Positions 7,628 through 13,254 of a stretch of 13,254 nucleotides of DNA are shown here, piece after piece. Every line of letters begins with the position of its first letter. Within the stretch, counting starts at the first letter, position 1. The notes beneath the pieces were generated by a model, which was not told where the DNA came from, ran no database searches, and worked only from the letters and a program-made list of their open reading frames with translations. Origin of the DNA: a bacterium (GTDB taxonomy: Bacteria > Sysuimicrobiota > Sysuimicrobiia > Sysuimicrobiales > Humicultoraceae); assembly GCA_041497675.1 (NCBI GenBank), contig JBGQGY010000102.1, positions 1 to 13,254 on the forward strand, in the 5' to 3' direction. The position numbers and the translations under genes were made by a program.

Positions 7628-8039
7628 AGCATTGCTCGACGCCAATATCATCCTGCGATATCTGACCGATGAGCCCCGCGAGCTTGCTGATAGGGCGGCG
7701 CGAATCTTGGAGGCTTTGGAGGATGGGGGAGTCCGCCCAGTTGTCGCCGCGCTGACGTTGGGGGAAGTTGTGTTCGTCCTGGAGTCTGTGTACGGTTGGA
7801 AGCGACATCGGGTCGCTACTGAGCTCCTGGCCATCGTGTCCGCCTCCGTGATCGAATTCCTTGAGCAGAAGACGATCACTCAGGCGCTGCGCTGGTACCG
7901 GGAATTCGGAACCGTTCACTTTGCCGACGCGTACATCGCGGCCGTAGCATCGGAGCGGAAGAGTCCGGTGATTTCCTTCGATCGAGGCATCCGAAGACTT
8001 CCCAACGTCAAGGTCATCGACGCGCCCGAGCACCTCTGA
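7620..8039 (+). CDS. vapC: PIN-domain ribonuclease toxin (VapC-type)
   Basis: GTG 7620 overlaps the antitoxin end by 8 nt. The acidic tetrad is present: 'LLDANII', 'LGEVV', 'FADAYI', 'SFDRGI'. 139 aa. Confidence 0.92.
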   Translation: MAEALLDANIILRYLTDEPRELADRAARILEALEDGGVRPVVAALTLGEVVFVLESVYGWKRHRVATELLAIVSASVIEFLEQKTITQALRWYREFGTVHFADAYIAAVASERKSPVISFDRGIRRLPNVKVIDAPEHL

Positions 8040-10368
8040 ACGTCTTCGTGCCCGGGCTCGGTAGCCGCACGCTGTGAAGCCGGCGAGCGAGTAGATAGCT
8101 GCCGATCACGAAGCTCGCGGCCGCGATCTGCAGCGCGACACCTTCCCACGTGGCGAACACGCCGAACCACAGGCCCATCCAGTACGGCAGGTCCACGCCC
8201 TGCAACGGGTGGATCGGGAGCCAGCCAACCACCTGCATCGAGCGCACCGCGTGGCCGACGAGTTGAAGCAGGACGGCGCCGATCAGGATTCCCGTGGCGA
8301 TGAGCATCCGTTTGTACGGCAGCCGTGTCTGAAGGCGAAAGAGGACGGCGCCGACCAGGACCGTCGCCGCCAGCCCAAGGAGACCACCCGCGACGGATGG
8401 GCCAATACCGGCTTCAACCCCGAGCGCCTGCAAGAACAGTACGCTCTCGAAGCCCTCGCGGTACACGCTGGCAAATCCCAGCGCGACCAGACCGGTCGTA
8501 CGGCCGACCTCGCGGCGCAAGAGGCGCGACTTCCGACCATGAAAACCGGCCAGCCGGTCCGTCCAATACAGGTCGTGCAGAAACCAGTTGGTCACCAGGA
8601 GCAAGACGACAATGGCGATGATCGACACCACGGCCTCGAGCCGCTCGCCGTACCCGGCCAACGTCGCGAGGGTATGGCGCGCTGCCACCCACGTCAACAG
8701 TGTCGCCGCGCCCGCCGCGGCGGCTCCCCACCACAACGGCAGTCGCAACTCCCTGCGGGCTCCCTGCTTGAGACTGCCAAGCAGCGACGCGAGCACGAGC
8801 ACCGCTTCGAGCCCCTCCCGGAACACGACAACGGCGGCATTGATCAGGACGGCGCCCGGTGCCGCGGTGCCGGCGATCGCGCGGCGCGCGGCGTCGAGAT
8901 ACCCGTCGAGCGCGGCGCTGGCGCCGCGGATCACCGCCGGTGCGGCGCGGCGAGACAACAGCTCCGCCAGCCCATGGCCCGCCGTGCCTCCATACCACAT
9001 CAGGTCCTCGATCGGCACCACGAGGTGCGGCGCAAACGCCTTGAGCTTGGCTTCGGGTCCGGCTTCAATGAGCGCGTACGCCTCCAGGCGCGGCGTTTCC
9101 GCGACATCGTAGCGCTCCTCGCGCACCGCCGCTTCCATGCGGTCGAGCGCCGCGGCGACGAGGTCGAAGTCGGCCGCGGTTTCCCTGCGGCGCCAGGACG
9201 GCGGCATGACTTGGGTGATGAGCGTCAGGATGTCCAGCGCCTGCGTGCGCACGGCTTGGGGCTCCGGAGCCGGGATCCGATGGTCGGCATCGGCCAGCGT
9301 GCGTCCCAAGGCGTCGAGGAGTTCGGCGATCCTGGCTGTCTCCGCCGGATTTCGCTGCTCGAGGACGTCCCGCACGTCGGCAAAGGCCGATGCGGCGGCA
9401 TTGCGGAATGCAATGGCTTCGCGTAACTCCAAATCGATCGTCACGCGGCCGCCGCGCACGCCCCGCGCATACTCGACCGGTACGAGTTCGAGAAACCGCA
9501 AGAGCTGCGCTCCACGCCGTGCCTGTTCGCGCGGGCTCAGCGGCGCCGCGCGAAATCCGCGCAGGGTCGCGGCGATCTGTGTGAGCACTTCGTCCAGGGG
9601 GCGTCCCGCGAGCGCATGATCGCGCAACTGCTCTAGCCGCCGATCGAGCCGGGCCGCTTCGCCGGGTCCGCGCTGGGCCGAAAACGCCGGTGCGAGGATC
9701 GCAAAGTACCCCTGGGCCAGCGCCGCCGTCTCCGCCCGGCGAGTGGGAAATCCACGCTGAGCCGCCGCGGCCACATCTCTGAGTGCTTCGTTGAATCGGG
9801 CCTGATAGGTGTCGAGAACATCGGCCCGAACTGCCGCGAGCGCCTCATCGGCGCTGATGGCGCCGGCAGCCACGTCCGCCAGGGCCACGGTTGCGTCGGC
9901 GTTGGGTCGGGAGAAGCGCGTCGCGTGGCGATACTCGCGCACGCCGAGCCACCGGCGTGCCTCCCCGATGCGGCCGGTCTTGAGCGAGGCTTCGACCGTC
10001 TCGAAGCTGCCGGCCAGCACGGCAGTCCAGATCTGCGCCCGCGCGGCCGCAAAACCGGCCGGATCACGCGCCGCCTGCGCGCCCCTCGCCAGGTCAAATC
10101 CGGTACGGACGCGCCGGTCGGCGGCGATCGCGGTCACACGGAAGGTCGGGTGAAACGTGCCGGCATAGGCGCCGGCAAGCGCGATCAGCATGTCGGCCGC
10201 CTGGCGACCGTCGCCGCCGGCAAGGGTGAGCTGAGCGGCAAGCAGGCCGGTGCGAATCCCCTCGGCGGCCTCGAGAGGGGAGGCGCCCGCCGCGTGAGCA
10301 AGGGGGGCCAGACCCAGCAGGAAAGCCAGCAGTCCGGCCAATCCCGCGAATCTGCTGGAGCGCGTCAC
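8014..10368 (-). CDS. FTR1/EfeU-family iron (metal) permease with a large N-terminal periplasmic helical extension
   Basis: Two RExxE motifs, REGLE (8806-8820) and REGFE (8446-8460), sit in a C-terminal multi-TM domain. Signal peptide 'MTRSSRFAGLAGLLAFLLGLAPLAHA' is followed by about 480 aa of Ala-rich helices. Confidence 0.9.
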   Translation of the reverse strand: MTRSSRFAGLAGLLAFLLGLAPLAHAAGASPLEAAEGIRTGLLAAQLTLAGGDGRQAADMLIALAGAYAGTFHPTFRVTAIAADRRVRTGFDLARGAQAARDPAGFAAARAQIWTAVLAGSFETVEASLKTGRIGEARRWLGVREYRHATRFSRPNADATVALADVAAGAISADEALAAVRADVLDTYQARFNEALRDVAAAAQRGFPTRRAETAALAQGYFAILAPAFSAQRGPGEAARLDRRLEQLRDHALAGRPLDEVLTQIAATLRGFRAAPLSPREQARRGAQLLRFLELVPVEYARGVRGGRVTIDLELREAIAFRNAAASAFADVRDVLEQRNPAETARIAELLDALGRTLADADHRIPAPEPQAVRTQALDILTLITQVMPPSWRRRETAADFDLVAAALDRMEAAVREERYDVAETPRLEAYALIEAGPEAKLKAFAPHLVVPIEDLMWYGGTAGHGLAELLSRRAAPAVIRGASAALDGYLDAARRAIAGTAAPGAVLINAAVVVFREGLEAVLVLASLLGSLKQGARRELRLPLWWGAAAAGAATLLTWVAARHTLATLAGYGERLEAVVSIIAIVVLLLVTNWFLHDLYWTDRLAGFHGRKSRLLRREVGRTTGLVALGFASVYREGFESVLFLQALGVEAGIGPSVAGGLLGLAATVLVGAVLFRLQTRLPYKRMLIATGILIGAVLLQLVGHAVRSMQVVGWLPIHPLQGVDLPYWMGLWFGVFATWEGVALQIAAASFVIGSYLLARRLHSVRLPSPGTKTFRGARARR

Positions 10369-10385
10369 ACCGTTGGACCGGTGAC

Positions 10386-11468
10386 CTACTGCTGGATGGT
10401 CACTCTGAGTCGGACGGCGGCCTGGGAGATCATGCCGGTGACCGCGGTGGCCTGGGCCTGCGTTTCCGCGCCGAGCGTATCGGCTTCTTCCGGCGTGAAC
10501 CGCTTGCCGGCGCGTTCTCTGGCGTGGATGCCGGCGACAAACATGCGCATGCTCCGCAACCGCTGCCCGATCTGTTCGGCCTGCGCCTGATCCACGGTGC
10601 GGACCAGCGGTGCCACCCCCGCGTAGACCACCTCGAGACCCGCGATGATGTCTTGAATGTCGGCCAGCCGCGAGACGACCACGAAGTCACGTTGGGTGGA
10701 TGCGTTTCCGGCCACGAAGCGCGAATGCTTCCACGATTCGAAGTACTCGTTCATCGTCGGGACCATGACGACGAGCGCGGTGAAGTTGTCCGACACCGTG
10801 GGGGACCAGGCGCGCGCCGCGGTGAGGAGTTCGCCCGAATAGGCATCCAAGGCCGCCGTCCCCGCCTTGAGGACGTTCGCGTCCGGTAGCACCTCACCAA
10901 ACTCGATCCGCCCGTTGCCGTTGAAATCCGCGCGCACTGAGCGGACGCGATATTCGGCAAACGTCCCCCACAACGTACTCTCGGTGACGCCAAAGAGGTT
11001 GCCCGGCTTCTTTAAGATTCGCCCGTCGGGCAGCGTGAGGTCAAAGGGCACGACGTTCGATCCCCCGTCCACCGCCGATGCGCCGGAGTCGAGGATCACG
11101 TCGAACTTCCGCAGCGACGGGACGCCCGCCACGACTCCTTCCATCTGCTCGTACAGCGGGCTGGCGGCGATCCAGGACTGCCGCGCCTGGTGGATCAGGG
11201 CGACGACGACCGCCTTGCGGTCTTTCCACAGCTTTGCGTAGTCGAAGTTGGCGGCTTTGGCCAGATCGTAGTAACGCGAACTGGTATCCGAGAGATCGGC
11301 GGTGTGCTGTTTCATGGTCGAGGCTTTGTCCAACAGATATGCCTTAGCGGCGCCGAGATCGACGGTGACCTCGGGCGCCGCCGACGGGCCCGACGCTGCC
11401 GCGACCGGCCCAAATCCCAGCGGACCCAACATGACGATCACGAACAGCGATGACCAGACACGACGCAT
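10386..11468 (-). CDS. EfeO/imelysin (peptidase M75-like) periplasmic metal-binding protein
   Basis: RBS GGAGGTG (11481-11475) supports ATG 11468. Sec signal without a lipobox Cys. 'ARQSWIAASPLYEQMEGVV' and 'FDVILD' resemble the EfeO ExxE/D region. Located directly upstream of FTR1. Confidence 0.75.
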   Translation of the reverse strand: MRRVWSSLFVIVMLGPLGFGPVAAASGPSAAPEVTVDLGAAKAYLLDKASTMKQHTADLSDTSSRYYDLAKAANFDYAKLWKDRKAVVVALIHQARQSWIAASPLYEQMEGVVAGVPSLRKFDVILDSGASAVDGGSNVVPFDLTLPDGRILKKPGNLFGVTESTLWGTFAEYRVRSVRADFNGNGRIEFGEVLPDANVLKAGTAALDAYSGELLTAARAWSPTVSDNFTALVVMVPTMNEYFESWKHSRFVAGNASTQRDFVVVSRLADIQDIIAGLEVVYAGVAPLVRTVDQAQAEQIGQRLRSMRMFVAGIHARERAGKRFTPEEADTLGAETQAQATAVTGMISQAAVRLRVTIQQ

Positions 11469-11492
11469 GCGCTTCACCTCCACGCGGCTTTC

Positions 11493-11559
11493 ATTGTTGA
11501 CACGTCCGATCAAAAACTCAAGGGAAACCGCTAGCATCTAACAACCACTGTTTGCTAGC
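11493..11559 (-). promoter_or_regulatory. Copy A of a duplicated cis-element (upstream of the imelysin-like gene)
   Basis: Aligns without gaps, at offset 1355, to 12848-12914 (shared blocks ATTGTTGA, CAAGGnAAACCGCTA, TGTTTGCnAGC). Confidence 0.6.
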
Positions 11560-11565
11560 AGCCGC

Positions 11566-12780
11566 TTACCATTTGGCCTCTGCTTCGAAGTGGATGACCC
11601 GCACGTCGCCGAGCATCACTCCTGATACCGGACTCGTCGTCACGGTACCGCCGGCGACCGAGTACGTGTTGTACGTCAGCTTCAGGGAGACGTTGGTGTT
11701 CACGGCGTAGGTCAGACCCGCCGAGAAGATGCTGTAGCTCGGCCCGCCGTCCTTGTAGGCGCCCCACTCGCGGAGCGCGAACACGCCGAGCGCTTCGTGC
11801 AGCCTCAGGTCGAGCCGCGCGCCAAACCCGGTCAGGTTGTCGTTGATATTGAACAGGTTGAAGTCGTCGGGCGTCCAGAACGCGCCCCGCGGTGCCGTCC
11901 CGCCCGGGCCGCCGGGGATGGTGTAGGGCCCGAGGTTCTTGTACCAGACCGTCACCTTAGGCTCGTAGCGTTCCATCTTCGCCAGCGTCTTCAAGTCGAG
12001 CTCCACGTTGGCTTGATAGTGCGAGCGCGCGACGTCGCCCGTCTGCGCGTACCCCGCGTAGGCGAGTACCAGCGTGGCGCCCTCGACGATCGTCACCGAC
12101 AGGTCGGCCCCGATCCCCGCACCGGTGTTGCAGTCCACACCCGGGCACACGCCGGCATCCACGTTGCCCGCGCGGTCCACACGGTAGTTCAGACCCACGA
12201 CCCAGGCGGGTGAGATGGAGAGTTCTGCCCTGGCGCCCATCAGCGATCGGCTCGTCGAAAGATCGGCCAGCGCCCATTGGGCGAACACGAAGATCCGCAC
12301 CGGACCGATCTCCGGCAGCCACAGCTGGATGCCGTCACGCTGATCTTCGTAGAACTCCTCGGCGAGCAGCAGCGGGATGGGTCCAAGGGTGACGACGTCG
12401 CGGCCGATGCGCAGGTTGAGACCGTTGACACCGATCAGGCGACGGATCTCGATGTACAACTGCTGGAGGGTGACGTCGAGCGCTCCCCCCGACTCGTACT
12501 CGAGCTTGGTCAGGGCGGCGATGCTCGCCGATTCGCCGAGAGTAATCCCCAACCGCACCGACAGCTCGCCGCCGCCGATCGTCAATTGACCAGCCGGCCC
12601 GTTGTAGTTGTCGCCGCCGGCGGGGACGCCTGACGCAGACGTGTACTTGAGGATCGGGTTGATCTCGACTTTGAGGGTATCCTCATACGATGTTGACTCG
12701 TCGGACCCCGAGCGGGCCACGACAGGCATGATCATGCACGCCCACAGTAGAGAGAGCAGCACGGCTCCCGCGCGTCTCAT
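11566..12780 (-). CDS. Predicted outer-membrane beta-barrel (porin-like) protein
   Basis: ATG 12780 with GGAGGA at 12797-12792. Signal peptide 'MRRAGAVLLSLLWACMIMPVVA'. Many alternating amphipathic strands (e.g. 'FGARLDLRL', 'SAGLTYAV', 'SLKLTYNTY'). C-terminal beta-signal 'IHFEAEAKW' ending in an aromatic residue. Confidence 0.72.
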   Translation of the reverse strand: MRRAGAVLLSLLWACMIMPVVARSGSDESTSYEDTLKVEINPILKYTSASGVPAGGDNYNGPAGQLTIGGGELSVRLGITLGESASIAALTKLEYESGGALDVTLQQLYIEIRRLIGVNGLNLRIGRDVVTLGPIPLLLAEEFYEDQRDGIQLWLPEIGPVRIFVFAQWALADLSTSRSLMGARAELSISPAWVVGLNYRVDRAGNVDAGVCPGVDCNTGAGIGADLSVTIVEGATLVLAYAGYAQTGDVARSHYQANVELDLKTLAKMERYEPKVTVWYKNLGPYTIPGGPGGTAPRGAFWTPDDFNLFNINDNLTGFGARLDLRLHEALGVFALREWGAYKDGGPSYSIFSAGLTYAVNTNVSLKLTYNTYSVAGGTVTTSPVSGVMLGDVRVIHFEAEAKW

Positions 12781-12847
12781 CGTGTCGCGTGTCCTCCATA
12801 ACCCGGCCGGCTTCCGGCATTCCGGCGCGTGGGTCTTGTCGGAAGCG

Positions 12848-12914
12848 ATTGTTGATGGCAGCGGTAGTGAATGCAAGGAAAACCGCTACTACGTGCAAGC
12901 GATTGTTTGCAAGC
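12848..12914 (-). promoter_or_regulatory. Copy B of the duplicated cis-element (upstream of the beta-barrel gene)
   Basis: Same three blocks at the same spacing as 11493-11559. A candidate - strand -10 (TATGCT) lies at 12921-12916. Confidence 0.6.
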
Positions 12915-12966
12915 CAGCATAGCGGGATAACAATGGCTGGTGGCTGGGGCACGCCGTCCGCGGCGG

Positions 12967-12975
12967 TGGTATGAT
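12967..12975 (+). promoter_or_regulatory. Extended -10 promoter (TGnTATGAT) of the SRP RNA
   Basis: TGGTATGAT ends 6 nt before the predicted SRP RNA 5' end at 12982. Confidence 0.7.
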
Positions 12976-12981
12976 GCCTTT

Positions 12982-13252
12982 GGCCGTGCTAGGTGGGGAG
13001 CTAGCGGTTCCCTGTTACCCGCAATCCGCTACAGCGGGACTGAACTCCCGTCTAGAGGCGCCATCTCGTGGGGCCAGGCCCGCGCACGCAGCGAGGAAGG
13101 CCGGGTCCTGTGCAACGGGAACTGACCAACCCCGCCAGGCCCGGGAGGGAGCAACGGTACGTCAGCGCTCCCGTGTGCCGCAGGGACACCTGGCTGGAGC
13201 CGGCGACGCGGACACCGCTCGGGGGATGGTTGTCGAAGGCGGGTGCACGGCC
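12982..13252 (+). ncRNA. ffs: Large bacterial signal recognition particle RNA (Alu-domain-containing, Bacillus scRNA type)
   Basis: 5' GGCCGTGC pairs with 3' GCACGGCC. The Alu-like 5' domain 'GCCGTGCTAGGTGGGGAGCTAGCGGTTCCCTGTTACCCGCAATCCGCT' resembles B. subtilis scRNA. Helix 8 reads 'CCGCCAGGCCC-GGGA-GGGAGCAACGG'. About 271 nt. Confidence 0.93.
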
Positions 13253-13254
13253 AA

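Noticed and set aside
2783..9426. Long alternative-frame ORFs (2783..3880 -, 6050..7195 +, 8209..9426 +; likewise 1586..2290 -)
   Set aside because: They are antisense shadows of well-supported genes, expected with high-GC codon bias, and carry no recognisable motifs.
11469..12876. Longer ORF-track starts at 11537 and 12876 (also 7551 for vapC)
   Set aside because: These extensions cover regulatory DNA or the upstream gene. RBS position and signal-peptide or domain boundaries support 11468, 12780 and 7620.
12921..12934. AGCGGGATAACAAT resembling the E. coli lac operator half (vector contamination?)
   Set aside because: There is an extra G, the left half is missing and no other vector sequence is present. 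It is better explained as part of the local AACAAT repeat set.
1..13254. CRISPR array, tandem repeat array, transposase or phage genes
   Set aside because: I saw no regularly spaced repeats and no mobile-element proteins on either strand.

Overview
GC-rich bacterial chromosomal window, probably from a diderm (inferred from an alpha-2-macroglobulin, a predicted outer-membrane beta-barrel and an Alu-containing large SRP RNA; a Terrabacteria lineage such as Armatimonadota is a guess). The + strand carries the 3' end of an alpha-2-macroglobulin gene coupled to a VanW-family gene, an unknown secreted helical protein with a terminator, a HAMP sensor kinase plus OmpR-family regulator, tRNA-Ser(GGA) and signal peptidase I. 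The - strand carries a long-chain acyl-CoA ligase. An AbrB/PIN (vapBC-type) toxin-antitoxin pair follows on +. The most interesting part is a three-gene - strand metal-uptake unit: a small (non-TonB-dependent-size) predicted beta-barrel, an EfeO/imelysin-like protein that lacks the HxxE histidine but has an EF-hand-like loop, and an FTR1 permease with a ~500-aa periplasmic extension. It has no EfeB peroxidase or oxidase, no recognisable Fur/DtxR box, and a ~70-bp element duplicated in exact register upstream of two of its genes. The window ends with a divergently transcribed large SRP RNA. All calls come from motif recognition by eye; no searches were run.
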